Positions 1 to 10,960 are shown, counted from the first letter of the stretch. The stretch: DNA of 64,000 nucleotides from Planctomycetota bacterium (GCA_965223265.1 OZ244999.1:576001-640000), one strand, 5' to 3'. Translations and numbers: made by a program. Notes: a model not told the origin generated them from the sequence alone.

Positions 1-1398
1 GCGGCGAACAATGCCAGCAATGCGCGCATGAGCATTCAGTAGATAGGGGCCGGTATCGCCTTCGAACGAGATCGCCGTGTCCCAGTCGAAGTTGTAGTCT
101 TTGATCCGCTGTTTCGACAGGTCGGAGAAAAAGATTGCAGCGACACCAACAGCCTCGGCGACATCCTGCTCTTCGTCCTGCGACAGCTCCGGGCGCTTGC
201 CTATGTTCTCGTGCATGTACTTGAGGGCCCGATCCCTCGCTTCATTGAGGAACTCTTCCAAGTAGATCGCGTTGCCTTTGCGTGTCGACATGCCGTGGAC
301 AAGGCCGAAGTTTACGTGCACGCAGGTGCTGTACCAGTCGTGTCCCATGAGCTTGAGCACAGCGAAGAGCTGACGGAAGTGGAGCGACTGAGCGGTGCCA
401 ACGACGTAGATCATTTGGTCGCAATGATAGGTGTCGTGGCGGTACTTGGCCGCGGCGACGTCGCGTGTAAGGTAGAGGGTTGCGCCGTCCGCTTTCTTGA
501 GGAGCGCCGGAGTCTCTATGCCTTCGCCGTTGAGATCGATCACTAGCGCGCCGTCAGAAATTGACGTCAACCCTTTCGCCGCCGCTTCCTCGACGACAGC
601 TTCCATCTTGTCATTGAAAAACGATTCGCCAACGTACGAATCGAATTCGATGCCGAGCCGATCGTAAACCCTCTGCAAGTAACGTAGGCTCGTCTCCCGA
701 ATGGTGCGCCACAGCTCCAGTGCTTCTTCGTCACCCGCTTCCTGACGTCGAAACCATTCGCGTGCTTCTTCCGTCAGCTCCGGGGCGTTTTCTTCCTCCT
801 GGTGGTACTTGACGTAGAGCTGGTTGAGCGCGACGAGATCGTTGACGTCGTCGGGCTTGCCGAACCGTTTGAGCCCAACGATCTGTTTGCCGAACTGCGT
901 TCCCCAATCACCGAGGTGGTTGATTCCGACGACGTTGTAGCCGAGCGCCTTGAACACACGGTAGAGCGCGCTGCCGATGATCGTCGTGCGAAGGTGGCCG
1001 ACATGAAATGGTTTGGCGATATTGGGTGACGAGTAGTCGATGACGATGGTTTTGCCGGCGCCGACGTTGGAACGACCGTAATCTTCACACTCGTGTTGGG
1101 CGCTTTTGAGTACGGTCGCAGCAAAGAGATCGCGTTTGACCGCGAGATTCAGGTAGGGGCCAGTCGCCGTGGCGCGATGGAGAAGTTTGAGATCGTCGCT
1201 GACTCCAGCAGCGAGCTCCGCTGCGATCGCGGGTGGCGCTTTTTTGAGCTTCTTCGCGAGAACGAAGCAAGGGAATGCGAAATCGCCTAGCTCAGGCTTC
1301 GGCGGTGTCGTCAGTGAACGATCGACGACCTCGGGTTCGACGTCTCCGTGTTTGGCAATCACCGCGATGGCTTCGTCGCGGAAATCAGAAGTCTTCAC
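1..1398 (-). CDS. argS: Arginine--tRNA ligase (3' end runs off window)
   Basis: Manual translation from GTG at 1398: MKTSDFRDEAI...ELGDFAFPCF...IVIDYSSPNIAKPFHVGHLRTTIIG (HIGH)...NHLGDWGTQFG...GMSTRKG; GAGGAG upstream. Confidence 0.95.
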   Translation of the reverse strand, partial: MKTSDFRDEAIAVIAKHGDVEPEVVDRSLTTPPKPELGDFAFPCFVLAKKLKKAPPAIAAELAAGVSDDLKLLHRATATGPYLNLAVKRDLFAATVLKSAQHECEDYGRSNVGAGKTIVIDYSSPNIAKPFHVGHLRTTIIGSALYRVFKALGYNVVGINHLGDWGTQFGKQIVGLKRFGKPDDVNDLVALNQLYVKYHQEEENAPELTEEAREWFRRQEAGDEEALELWRTIRETSLRYLQRVYDRLGIEFDSYVGESFFNDKMEAVVEEAAAKGLTSISDGALVIDLNGEGIETPALLKKADGATLYLTRDVAAAKYRHDTYHCDQMIYVVGTAQSLHFRQLFAVLKLMGHDWYSTCVHVNFGLVHGMSTRKGNAIYLEEFLNEARDRALKYMHENIGKRPELSQDEEQDVAEAVGVAAIFFSDLSKQRIKDYNFDWDTAISFEGDTGPYLLNAHARIAGIVRR

Positions 1399-1532
1399 GG
1401 CTTCCTGGCTCCTCTGAGTAACGTCGGTTGCAGACGGTACTGCGGGTCGATCGCATCTTCGTCCGATTCGTGTCACGTAGGGCGCGGGCGTGCGACGCGG
1501 TGATCGCCAACCGCGCGCCGGGAACGGCTTCA

Positions 1533-2582
1533 CTACAGCGCGTCAACGACCATGTCACCAACCTCTATGGTCGAATATCCCATACGCCCTGCGCTCATGC
1601 TATCGAGTTTCTTGACGACTGTCATGATCGCGTTTTCGACGTCGTCGGCAGCTTTCTCTTGCTTCGCGGTGTATCGCAGTAGCATCGCCAATGCCCCAAT
1701 GGCAGCGAGAGGATTGATCACATGCTGGCCGGTGTACTTCGGCGCAGATCCTCCGATCGGCTCGTACATGCTGACGCCGCCGGGGTTGATGTTGCCGCCC
1801 GCAGCGATGCCCATGCCGCCCTGAATCATGGCGCCGAGGTCTGTGATGATGTCGCCGAACATGTTTGTAGTGACGATGACATCGTAGAACTCGGGGTTCT
1901 TGACCATCCACATGCAGCAGGCATCGACGTGGTTGTAGTCGATCGTGACGTCAGGGTATTCCTTGGCGACTTCGTTGAAGACGCGCCACCATAGATCGTG
2001 GGCGAACGTGAGCACGTTGGTCTTGGCGACCAGCGTCAGTTGTTTCTTGCGTCCACGTTTCTGCGTCAAGTCAAAGGCATAGCGACAGCAGCGTTCGACA
2101 CCCTGTCGTGTCGCGACCATGAGCTGTGTGGCGACTTCGTTGGCTGTATTCTTGTGTGTGAATCCACCGGATCCGACGTACAGGTCTTCTGTGTTCTCGC
2201 GTACGATCACGAAGTCGATGTCGTCGGGCCCTTTGTCCTTCAGGGGGCAGTCGACGCCTTCATACAGCTTGACGGGCCGCAAGTTGATGTATTGGTCAAG
2301 CTCAAAGCGCAGCTGGAGGAGGAGACCTTTTTCCAGAATGCCCGGCGCGACATCTGGGTGTCCAATGGCGCCGAGAAAAATGCCGTCAAACTTTCGCAGT
2401 TCATCGACGGCCCCGTCAGGCAGGACTTCTCCTGTTTTCAAGTAACGATCGCCGCCGAAGTCGAACTCCTTGGTGGAATACTCGAACGAGTGTTTCTTCG
2501 CGACGGCTTCAAGAACTTTGATGCCTTCGTCGACAACTTCGGGCCCCGTTCCGTCACCGGGGAGAATCGCTAGATTGAGCAC
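1533..2582 (-). CDS. leuB: 3-isopropylmalate dehydrogenase
   Basis: LPGDGTGPEV, NLRPVKL, NMFGDIITDLGA, MYEPIGGSAPK motifs. Confidence 0.9.
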   Translation of the reverse strand: MLNLAILPGDGTGPEVVDEGIKVLEAVAKKHSFEYSTKEFDFGGDRYLKTGEVLPDGAVDELRKFDGIFLGAIGHPDVAPGILEKGLLLQLRFELDQYINLRPVKLYEGVDCPLKDKGPDDIDFVIVRENTEDLYVGSGGFTHKNTANEVATQLMVATRQGVERCCRYAFDLTQKRGRKKQLTLVAKTNVLTFAHDLWWRVFNEVAKEYPDVTIDYNHVDACCMWMVKNPEFYDVIVTTNMFGDIITDLGAMIQGGMGIAAGGNINPGGVSMYEPIGGSAPKYTGQHVINPLAAIGALAMLLRYTAKQEKAADDVENAIMTVVKKLDSMSAGRMGYSTIEVGDMVVDAL

Positions 2583-2817
2583 GCACGGCTCCTTTCTCAG
2601 TTCGCATTCGGTCAGATGGTGGGCTCAGCCGTCGTCTGCGCGGCCGTCGCTATCCCAAGAGGCACGTCTTTGGTTCGCGTCCTCGTGCCCCGGACGACTT
2701 TCGGCTGCATGACCGCCGCTGCTCCGCTCGACGCGGAAGACACCGAGAATAGCAAACGCGTGAGGCGGCCGCAACGACCAAGACGCCGGTGTGCGCTTGA
2801 TCGGCCGCGTGCGGTAT

Positions 2818-3597
2818 CTACAGGACGCGCATGTGGAAGCCGCCGTCCAAATCGATGACCGCGCCGCAGGCGAAATCGAAGTCGCCGCTGGCGATCGCCC
2901 GCACGGCGCGCGCGATGTCGCTGGGTTCACCCCAGCGCCGCAGCGGCGTGAGGCCGTCCGCGATGAGTCGATCATACTTGCTTTCCACCGGCGCGGTCAT
3001 GTCGGTGCGAATGATGCCGGGGCGGATCTCGTTGACCGAGATGTTCTCCGTGGCCAGCCGCACAGCGAACAGACGGTTCATCATTCCCAGTCCCGCCTTG
3101 GCGACGCAGTAAGCTGCTCGCTGCACGGTGGGCGAGTATTCAGAGACGCTGGAGATGTTGATGATGCCAAGACGTCGATCAGGTGCTTGTTTCCGAATCT
3201 CGAGCATCCATTTGGCGATTGCCTGCGTGAGAAAGAAGGCGCCGCGAAGGTTCGTATCAAACGTGTCGTCAAATTCAGCTTCACTGAGCTCGAGAAGATC
3301 TTTGCGCACCTTGGGCGCGGCACCAGCATTGTTGACAAGTAAATCGACGCTGTCGAACTGCTGGCGCAGGTTGCGGGTCAACTCCTCGCGTTCAGATGCG
3401 TCTGCTAAGTCAGCTCGGAACACTGCGGCTCTCCGGCCGAGGGCCTCGATTTGGCCCGCAACCTCTTTCGCTGCAGCGACGTTGCCGCGGCAGTGAACCG
3501 CGACGTCATGACCTGCCCGCGCCAGCTCGAGGGCGATCGCGCGGCCGATGCCGCGAGACGAACCCGTAACGAGGGCGACGCTAGGACTGCCTGCCAT
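2818..3597 (-). CDS. Short-chain dehydrogenase (3-ketoacyl-ACP reductase-like)
   Basis: TGSSRGIG, NNAG, YCVAK (YxxxK), IRPGIIRTDMT. Confidence 0.9.
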   Translation of the reverse strand: MAGSPSVALVTGSSRGIGRAIALELARAGHDVAVHCRGNVAAAKEVAGQIEALGRRAAVFRADLADASEREELTRNLRQQFDSVDLLVNNAGAAPKVRKDLLELSEAEFDDTFDTNLRGAFFLTQAIAKWMLEIRKQAPDRRLGIINISSVSEYSPTVQRAAYCVAKAGLGMMNRLFAVRLATENISVNEIRPGIIRTDMTAPVESKYDRLIADGLTPLRRWGEPSDIARAVRAIASGDFDFACGAVIDLDGGFHMRVL

Positions 3598-3716
3598 TCT
3601 TTCAGTGTCCTTGTTGTGAACGTCTCTTCTTCTGAACGGCGAATCGATGGGCCAGCGGAAAAGCCCTCAGCGGCACGTGCCGAGAGCCGTTCAGAGGCGG
3701 ACATAGTATCGAAGCA

Positions 3717-6017
3717 CTACGAAAAATTGTAGGGTCGGCGCTGTCGCCGCAGCGCGTGTCCCCAGAGCCTCAGGACGAAGAGAAGAGCGAGAAACAACAG
3801 CAAGTCCGTTGGCGTACGGTTGCCACTGCCGACTATGGGGAGTGCGCCGCAGCTACTACCGCCACCGCTGGAGCGAAAGATGGTCAATTCGGCATCAGTG
3901 TCAACCGTGCCGCTTGTGTTGGTGAGCGACACCGTGTACGACCCCGTGGGCAAGCCGCCCGGCACCACCGCCACGACTTCGGTGAAGGAGGTTGCTACGA
4001 CCGTGAGGTCGAACGTGCCCATTTCTCCGGCGATGTGGACCGTCTGCGCGCCGGAGAGGTTTTCGCCTAGAAGCCGAATCTCCGCATCCCCGCGGTTGTC
4101 GACAGACGTGGGCTCGATCAGGCCGCTCAGAAGGGGTAAGAGTTCGCGGACCTCTATCTGAACAGGCGCTGCAGCGCTGTCGCCCGCCGTGTTGGAAGCG
4201 ACGACGTCGAAGACTCCGGGAAATGTACCGATAGGTAGCGCGGCTTCGACGATGAACTCGGTATCGCCGCCGGCGGTATTCTCTCTAATCGTGAGCTCGT
4301 CGAGACGAGCCAAGACGGTGCCGTCTTCGACGAGAAGGATCGCCTGCGTGCCGAGAAGATGCTCCCCAGCGACGGAGAGAGTGTGCTGCACGTTGTTCGT
4401 GAACAGAAGCGGTGTGACATCGAAAACAATCGGCGGAGGCTCGGTGATGAGAAACGTGATTGCGTCTTCGCTAAGTCCCCAACGATTCTTGGCGATGATT
4501 CGGTATTCCCCTGGAATATGAAGTCGCGAGACAATCCCCGTGATCGTCGTCAGGTCGACTCGCCGAGGGTCCTCGAGGACGAACGTCTCCGGTCCTTCGA
4601 GATCGAGCCGAGTCACCTCTTCGAAATTGAATCCTGAGATGACGATCCCCGTGTTTGTTGTGTAGAGACCGCGCGACGGCTCGACGTCCGTCAGGCGGGG
4701 AATCAGGCCGTTGAACAAGAAGTCGATGTCGGTGTGCTCTGCGCCTGTCGTGATCAGAATCGCTTCCGAATCGTCCCGGTCGTCTGGCGGTTCCTCCGTT
4801 GATTCCGAAGCGCCGTTCCAGAATTCCAGCAGCCCGACCCTATCGGTGACGTCGAGGTCCAATGGTGGGTCGAGCGGCCCGACGCTCGATCCGTTGTCGA
4901 AGTTAGAATCGACCTCTTCGATGTAGAGGATATACTCTGCGCCCGGCGTCAATCCTGACAGCTCGTAGAACCCTCTCAGATTCTCCGGCAAGAATCCATT
5001 GTCGGGGCTCGCAAGCTGTCCTGAGACGAACGACAGCGCGTCTTCGGTTGGATCGAGAACGTTGCGTGCGACGACGTTCACACCTTGAATTGGAGTGACG
5101 CCGTCGATGTCGAACACACGTCCGCTGATGCGTCCCATGGCGTTGAAGCTCGCGTGCGGGTAGAGCGACGAAACCGCGGCGGCGTCGTCGCGGTGTAGGC
5201 TCGCCATCGGATGAGGGACAACACTGCGACCAAGAAGCACGGGAAACATCGTCGTGATGCGACTCAAGGTACCTCGATTGGTGAAACCCGGCACGGGCGC
5301 GCCAAGATGGACTCCGTTGATCTGTGAATGGTCAAGATTCAAGAAGTGACCGAGCTCGTGCGTGAACGTCGCGCGCAAGACTTCGGCATCACCGGCATCG
5401 ATTCCGTCACCGTTGAATACAGCGTAGCCTTTCAGAATCGTATTCGTCGCCGGATTGATGAGACTTGGACCGGCGATGCCGAGAACGCCGCTATCGGGGC
5501 CGAAAATCGCATCGAAGATGGCGCCTGAGGAATCGAAGATGATCGGATTCGTGCCGTCGTTGGCAGTGATCAACTGATCGAACTGCAGCTCGGAGAGGTT
5601 CTCGATGTCACTTCCCAGCGGATCGGCGATCGAGAGGAGCAGTCTTGATGTTTCGACGGCATTCCACTGCCGGACGGCGTGGTCGAGAATGTCCGTGGGG
5701 TTCGCCAAGGTGCCCAGGCCGCCGCGATCGGGGTGTATTCTGAGCACAGCATCGGCGTTCCAGCGCAGCGGCGTGCCATCCGCTGCGACGAGGAGGGGTC
5801 CCCCTGCGTCGAGGCGAGCAGGGGCGGCCAACGCCGCAGCGACCGCTGCCACGAACGCTAACAGCACCATCCAGTGGTGGGAAAATCTGGCGACCAGGAA
5901 CGGCGCCTTGTCCTCCGAGCAAAGCGAGTCCTTGCCGTCCTCTTTCACCGAGAGTGAAGAGGGCATGTACCCGCCTTCCGTAGACACCAGAAGCGGAGGC
6001 ATTGATCGGCAGCTCAT
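3717..6017 (-). CDS. Secreted matrixin-like zinc metalloprotease with IPT/TIG domains and C-terminal membrane anchor (start uncertain)
   Basis: HELGHFLNLDHS plus Met-turn TTMFP; Ig-like repeats; C-terminal GGGSSCG, hydrophobic helix and Arg-rich tail. Confidence 0.8.
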   Translation of the reverse strand: MSCRSMPPLLVSTEGGYMPSSLSVKEDGKDSLCSEDKAPFLVARFSHHWMVLLAFVAAVAAALAAPARLDAGGPLLVAADGTPLRWNADAVLRIHPDRGGLGTLANPTDILDHAVRQWNAVETSRLLLSIADPLGSDIENLSELQFDQLITANDGTNPIIFDSSGAIFDAIFGPDSGVLGIAGPSLINPATNTILKGYAVFNGDGIDAGDAEVLRATFTHELGHFLNLDHSQINGVHLGAPVPGFTNRGTLSRITTMFPVLLGRSVVPHPMASLHRDDAAAVSSLYPHASFNAMGRISGRVFDIDGVTPIQGVNVVARNVLDPTEDALSFVSGQLASPDNGFLPENLRGFYELSGLTPGAEYILYIEEVDSNFDNGSSVGPLDPPLDLDVTDRVGLLEFWNGASESTEEPPDDRDDSEAILITTGAEHTDIDFLFNGLIPRLTDVEPSRGLYTTNTGIVISGFNFEEVTRLDLEGPETFVLEDPRRVDLTTITGIVSRLHIPGEYRIIAKNRWGLSEDAITFLITEPPPIVFDVTPLLFTNNVQHTLSVAGEHLLGTQAILLVEDGTVLARLDELTIRENTAGGDTEFIVEAALPIGTFPGVFDVVASNTAGDSAAAPVQIEVRELLPLLSGLIEPTSVDNRGDAEIRLLGENLSGAQTVHIAGEMGTFDLTVVATSFTEVVAVVPGGLPTGSYTVSLTNTSGTVDTDAELTIFRSSGGGSSCGALPIVGSGNRTPTDLLLFLALLFVLRLWGHALRRQRRPYNFS

Positions 6018-6724
6018 TCCTTCACCTCCCGGCAGAGTGTCAGGAAAGTCTTGAGCTCGATCGACTGCGACTCCGCAAGCGCCGCCGTCAGAGCTGTGCG
6101 GCCCCGAGCTGATAGCTTTTCCGGTGCGACGCGTTCGAACAACTTCGTGGCGTGCGGGTTGACGATTGTGGTGCCGTCCTTCTTGCGATCGACACGAAAA
6201 ACACCTTGCTTGAGCCCGACCGGAGCGCAGAGCTTGAGACTCGACTCGCGCGTCAGAAAAAGTACTAGCTCGTCACCGACCTTGTAACGTGGGAGGCCGA
6301 GTCGCAGCGGTGCGACCACCGTGCCATCCGGTCGCCGCCGACCTTGCGTCGTACCGACGTGTCGAAAGGTGACGCTCTTGAGCAGCTCGCCGCGTTCGTT
6401 TCGGCAACCTCGCGTGGCGTCGATGACATCGAATGTGTACTCAGTGAACGGTAAGCCCGAGTCAGGTGTGACTTCTCGACGCGCGGTGCAGCGGCCGTGC
6501 AGAATGGTCCCCGAGCTGCGCAAAAGGGTTAGGAAGTCGCACCGTCGGACGAGGTCCGCCAGGGCGTGGGATCTATCTGCCAACAAGAGTGTGATTGACA
6601 CGAAAACGATCAGTGTGGGCCGCGTTAACTTCGGACCTCGGCGCACGGCGGACTGTGGCGATGAGCGAAGACGAGAGTGAGGACGCGGCGGTGCGGCGAC
6701 TCCTCGCTGAGACACGAGAGGCAT
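6014..6724 (-). CDS. Hypothetical exported protein adjacent to the metalloprotease
   Basis: 236-aa ORF with hydrophobic N-region; stop overlaps the downstream ATG. Confidence 0.65.
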   Translation of the reverse strand: MPLVSQRGVAAPPRPHSRLRSSPQSAVRRGPKLTRPTLIVFVSITLLLADRSHALADLVRRCDFLTLLRSSGTILHGRCTARREVTPDSGLPFTEYTFDVIDATRGCRNERGELLKSVTFRHVGTTQGRRRPDGTVVAPLRLGLPRYKVGDELVLFLTRESSLKLCAPVGLKQGVFRVDRKKDGTTIVNPHATKLFERVAPEKLSARGRTALTAALAESQSIELKTFLTLCREVKE

Positions 6725-7063
6725 GACTTGTCTCTCCTGATTGTGCGGCGAAGGTTGGGAGTTTGTCCCGGGTTTCCTTGAGATGCGGCGGCTGGGCCCG
6801 GCGCGAGGCCGAACGCGTGCGCTGCGGGGCTTACAACCGCTGTGGGATCACCGGTTCTCGGGAGTTGGAGAAAGGAATTCCCTATTTTATCCCTAGTTGC
6901 GGTCCAAGTCTCCGCCGCTCTGTCGCGGATCAGCTCCGACAGGTTGGGATGCGGCAATGCTTTACGCTTGCGCGCCGCGAATCGGGTCGATAGGTTCGCT
7001 GGCTGCCCGGCCGGCGCGCGTCTGGCATGGACCGAAGTCAAGTAGAAGAGGAGGCTCAATAGA

Positions 7064-8572
7064 GTGGCCGAGAAGAGCGGTGAGATCGTCCGAGTGCGCT
7101 TCGCGCCATCGCCCACCGGCTACCTTCACATCGGTGGAGCGCGAACCGCACTCTTCAACTACCTGTTCGCTCGTCAGCATGGCGGTGTGTTCGTCCTGCG
7201 CATCGAAGATACCGATCGCGCCCGTTCGACGCCGGAGGCGATCCAAGCGATTTTCGATGGGCTCGAGTACCTCGGCCTCGATTTCGATGAGGGTCCCGGA
7301 AAGGATGGCGGTTACGGGCCGTACTTCCAAAGTGAACGCGCGGGCACCTATGCGCCGCTCGTCGAGCGTCTGCTCGCCGCCGGCAAGGTGTATCCTTGCT
7401 TCTGCACTCGCGAGCGCCTGGACGCGCTGCGGGAGAGCCAGCGCGCCGCCAAGGAGCGGATTCTGTACGACCGCGCCTGTCTCGAGCTTGACCGAGCGGT
7501 CGTAGCGGACCGCGTCGCCGCCGGTGATCCGTACGTGCTGCGCTTTCACGTCCCGGAGGGCGAAACGGTCGTCGACGACATGATCCGTGGCCGCGTCGTG
7601 ACTCACAACAGCGAGATCGAGGACTTCATCGTCTGCCGTTCCGACGGCTCCGTGGTCTACAACTTCGCGGTCGTTGGTGACGATCACGGCATGCGCATCA
7701 CACACGTCATCCGTGGTGAAGACCATCTCTCCAACACCGCGAAGCAGATCCTACTCTTCGAGGCCCTTGATCTCGAGCTGCCCCGCTTCGCCCACATCCC
7801 GCTGATTCTCGCGCCTGGTGGTGGCAAGCTCTCGAAACGCCATGGCGCGGTGTCGGTGACGGAGTATGCGCAGCTGGGGTATCTTCCCGCAGCGATGAAC
7901 AATTTTCTGGCGCGCATGGGTTGGTCGTTTGACGACAAGCAGGAAATCTTTTCCATGGGTGAGCTCGTCGAGAAGTTCTCGCTGCGGGGGGTGTCGAAGT
8001 CCGGAGCGATGTATGACCTCAAGAAGCTGCAGCACCTCGGCGGCCATCACCTTCGCGAGGCGTCGACTGATGACGTCGTCGCTCAGGCTCTGTCTTTTTT
8101 GACCTCCGCGGGGCTGCTCTCGCCGCAGGACGTTGAGCGCGATCGAGATCGACTGCGTGCGATGATCGAGCTTGAGCAACCTCGGATGGAGCATCTCAGC
8201 CAAATCGTCGACAAAGTGTCTTACTATTTTGCCCCGCAGGTCACGTTGGAAACTGGTGGCCGCAAGGTCCTGCGCAAAAAGAAAGACTCTGCCGATCTGG
8301 TCGCGCGCTACGCGGATGCACTCGAGTCAGACGTGCCTGCGGTGGAATGGAAGCTCGGCTCGGCAGAGCGTCTCGAGGCACACGCGCGGGAGTTCATTGA
8401 GGCTGAAGGTGTGGGGCTGGGGGATTTGGCGCAGCCGGTGCGGGCGCTCCTCACAGGGCGCAGCGCCACGCCGAGTCTCTTCGACGTCATGCTGATCCTC
8501 GGACCTGCGGCCTGCCTCGAGCGGCTCCGACGTGGCCCCGAGCTCTTTCGCGAGGCCGGCGAGTCGTCCTGA
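7064..8572 (+). CDS. gltX: Glutamate--tRNA ligase
   Basis: RFAPSPTGYLHIGGARTALFN, HVIRGEDH, KLSKR. Confidence 0.97.
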   Translation: MAEKSGEIVRVRFAPSPTGYLHIGGARTALFNYLFARQHGGVFVLRIEDTDRARSTPEAIQAIFDGLEYLGLDFDEGPGKDGGYGPYFQSERAGTYAPLVERLLAAGKVYPCFCTRERLDALRESQRAAKERILYDRACLELDRAVVADRVAAGDPYVLRFHVPEGETVVDDMIRGRVVTHNSEIEDFIVCRSDGSVVYNFAVVGDDHGMRITHVIRGEDHLSNTAKQILLFEALDLELPRFAHIPLILAPGGGKLSKRHGAVSVTEYAQLGYLPAAMNNFLARMGWSFDDKQEIFSMGELVEKFSLRGVSKSGAMYDLKKLQHLGGHHLREASTDDVVAQALSFLTSAGLLSPQDVERDRDRLRAMIELEQPRMEHLSQIVDKVSYYFAPQVTLETGGRKVLRKKKDSADLVARYADALESDVPAVEWKLGSAERLEAHAREFIEAEGVGLGDLAQPVRALLTGRSATPSLFDVMLILGPAACLERLRRGPELFREAGESS

Positions 8573-8607
8573 ACCGTGCCGGGTCGCGTCACTAAGATGC
8601 CGGTGAA

Positions 8608-9363
8608 TTGGAAGTGAAACTCACCTACTTGCAGCCGCTCTTTCCCGCGATCGTTTGCGCGCTTCTTTTCTTCTGCGCGCGTGAGTGGAAACGGCGTGAG
8701 CGCAAACCGCGGGCACTCACCGCCTTTGTCGTGCTCGTCTTCTTGGTCTCTTGGATGCCGTCTGCATTCCTGGCTTCGAAGTCGCTCGAGGTGTGGTATG
8801 AGCCGGTCCCGCCGCGCGCGCAAGACGCGCAAGGCGTCGGCGCTATCGTTGTGCTCTCGGGAAGCGTTCAACACGCGGTCGAGAGCCGGCCCTACTGGTC
8901 TCTTGGCTTTTCAACGGCCGTGCGATGCCGCTACGCGCTCTACCTTCACCGCAGATTTCCGGATCTGCCCATCCTCGCTTGCGGTGGGGTGTCGAACCCA
9001 CGGTCAAGCGCCAGCGTCATGCGCGACTATCTGATGAACGCCGGCGTCAGCTCCGGAGAGATCTGGCTTGAGGAGCGTTCCACGTCGACACACGAGAACG
9101 CGCTCGAAGCAGCGGGGATTCTTCGCCAGCGTGGTGTCGAGCGCATCTTCCTCGTCACGCAGGCGTATCACATGCTGCGCTCGGAGCTTTGCTTTCGTCG
9201 CCAGGGGATCGAGGTGGTGCCGGTTCCGTGCGACTTTCGTGCCGCGGGATTCGACTTTCGCATGGCGTCGTTTCTACCGCGTGCGCGGGCGATCGAGGAG
9301 CACGAGAACGCGCTGCACGAGTGGGTCGGGCTTCTTTGGTATTGGATCCGCGACCGCATTTGA
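8608..9363 (+). CDS. YdcF/ElyC (DUF218) family membrane protein
   Basis: IVVLSG, EERSTSTHENA, LVTQAYHMLRS, HEWVGLLWY. Confidence 0.9.
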   Translation: MEVKLTYLQPLFPAIVCALLFFCAREWKRRERKPRALTAFVVLVFLVSWMPSAFLASKSLEVWYEPVPPRAQDAQGVGAIVVLSGSVQHAVESRPYWSLGFSTAVRCRYALYLHRRFPDLPILACGGVSNPRSSASVMRDYLMNAGVSSGEIWLEERSTSTHENALEAAGILRQRGVERIFLVTQAYHMLRSELCFRRQGIEVVPVPCDFRAAGFDFRMASFLPRARAIEEHENALHEWVGLLWYWIRDRI

Positions 9364-9429
9364 CGGTCGGTTCTTGTTGGTCTGTCCTGACCGCCGCTCT
9401 GATGACCCGCTCCGAGCGCGCATAAAAAA

Positions 9430-9504
9430 TGGTTGCCGGACAGGGACTCGAACCCCGACAACCAGGACCAGAGCCTGGCGTCCTACCATTAGACGATCCG
9501 GCAA
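9430..9504 (-). tRNA. tRNA-Gln (CTG)
   Basis: Reverse complement TTGCCGGATCGTCTAATGGTAGGACGCCAGGCT-CTG-GTCCTGGTTGTCGGGGTTCGAGTCCCTGTCCGGCAACCA; cloverleaf with encoded CCA. Confidence 0.95.
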
Positions 9505-9787
9505 CCTTATCTTGACGACGTCCATCAGATCGGCTGATCTACCGTTCCCTCTCGAATCGGCTTGGTCGTCGCTTCACGGGTTCTTATAAAGTGCGGCCCC
9601 ACAACCATGCAATCGAAAAAGAGTCAGCTTCGCCGCTACGCCGCCACGCTGCATGACGGTGCACGGCGACAGCAGGACGGCGGCGGGTTGTTCATGCCGA
9701 CCGGCGAGCTGCGGCGACAGCGGGTTCGCCTTCGTCTGCCGGCTCGGTTAAAATGGTCACCGACCGAAAATCCATCGAAACGAGCTC

Positions 9788-10735
9788 ATGACTGAGACAC
9801 GCCGCCCCGCTGCCAGCAGCGGAGCTCCGCACCACTCCCCGACGATGAAACCGCTGCCCGTGCTGTCGCCGCAGCCGAGCACGCGCCGACACCCATCGTG
9901 GATCAAAACGCGCTTTGCGGCCAACGAGCGCTATGAGTTCTTGGCGCGTGTCTTGGGCGAACGAGGGCTCCATACCGTCTGCGAGGAAGCTCAGTGCCCG
10001 AACATCGGTGAGTGCTGGGCTCACGGCACGGCGACCTTCATGCTCATGGGCGACGTCTGCACACGTGGTTGCACCTTCTGCTCTGTCGGCAAGGGAAGGC
10101 CGAGTGAGCTGGATCGCGATGAGCCGGAGCACGTGGCGGAGGTGATCGAAGCGCTCGGGCTTGACTACGCTGTGTTGACGTCGGTCAATCGCGATGACTT
10201 GCCGGACGAGGGCGCTGGACATGTGGCGCGCACGATCGAGGCGATCGCCGCGCGTCTGCCGAGCTGCAAGACCGAAGCGTTGGTGCCAGATTTTCATGCT
10301 CGCGAAGAGCTTATTGGCCGCTTAGTCGATACACCGCTCTTTGTGTACGCGCACAACGTCGAAACCGTGCCACGACTTTACCGACGGGTGCGACCCGGTT
10401 CTGACTATCGACGTTCACTCCAGGTGTTGGCTCTTGCCAAGTCGCTGCGCGGTGACGTGCTGACAAAGTCGAGTCTGATGTTGGGTCTCGGTGAGACGCG
10501 TCAAGAGTTGCTCGACGTTTGCCGGGATCTTCGCAGCGAAGGCGTCGACGTTCTGACCCTTGGTCAGTACCTGCAGCCCACCGCATCGCAGCAGGATGTG
10601 TTTCGCTACGTCCCGCCCGAAGAGTTCGCGGAGCTGCGTGACTTGACTGCAGCCATGGGATTTCGCCACGTCATGAGCGGGCCGATGGTGAGGTCGAGCT
10701 ACCACGCGTGGGAGGTTGCGGACGCCGGGGAGTGA
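9788..10735 (+). CDS. lipA: Lipoyl synthase
   Basis: CEEAQCPNIGEC, CTRGCTFC, VRSSYHA. Confidence 0.97.
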   Translation: MTETRRPAASSGAPHHSPTMKPLPVLSPQPSTRRHPSWIKTRFAANERYEFLARVLGERGLHTVCEEAQCPNIGECWAHGTATFMLMGDVCTRGCTFCSVGKGRPSELDRDEPEHVAEVIEALGLDYAVLTSVNRDDLPDEGAGHVARTIEAIAARLPSCKTEALVPDFHAREELIGRLVDTPLFVYAHNVETVPRLYRRVRPGSDYRRSLQVLALAKSLRGDVLTKSSLMLGLGETRQELLDVCRDLRSEGVDVLTLGQYLQPTASQQDVFRYVPPEEFAELRDLTAAMGFRHVMSGPMVRSSYHAWEVADAGE

Positions 10736-10934
10736 TCTCTCTCGCCCAAGTGGACGTTCGACGCTCTCCACTTGCTGGCGGTTGCCTCCGTCGTGGTGGC
10801 GACAGTAGATTCCTCCTCGAAGGCTCCGACCGTTCTTGGAGCTCAGCCGAGAACCTGTTGTAAGTTATTATAGTGGTTATCTTTATGGTTTGTTTGTGCG
10901 GCCGTTCAGGCGCCGAGGAGGGTGATTTTTTTGC

Positions 10935-10960
10935 TGAAACTCAGGCGTTTCTCGGGCGAC
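10935..10960 (+). promoter_or_regulatory. Putative ECF sigma promoter TGAAAC-N16-CGAC
   Basis: AAC/CG-type -35/-10 with 16-bp spacer and upstream T-tract, ~70 bp before the FHA-kinase-ECF operon. Confidence 0.45.
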
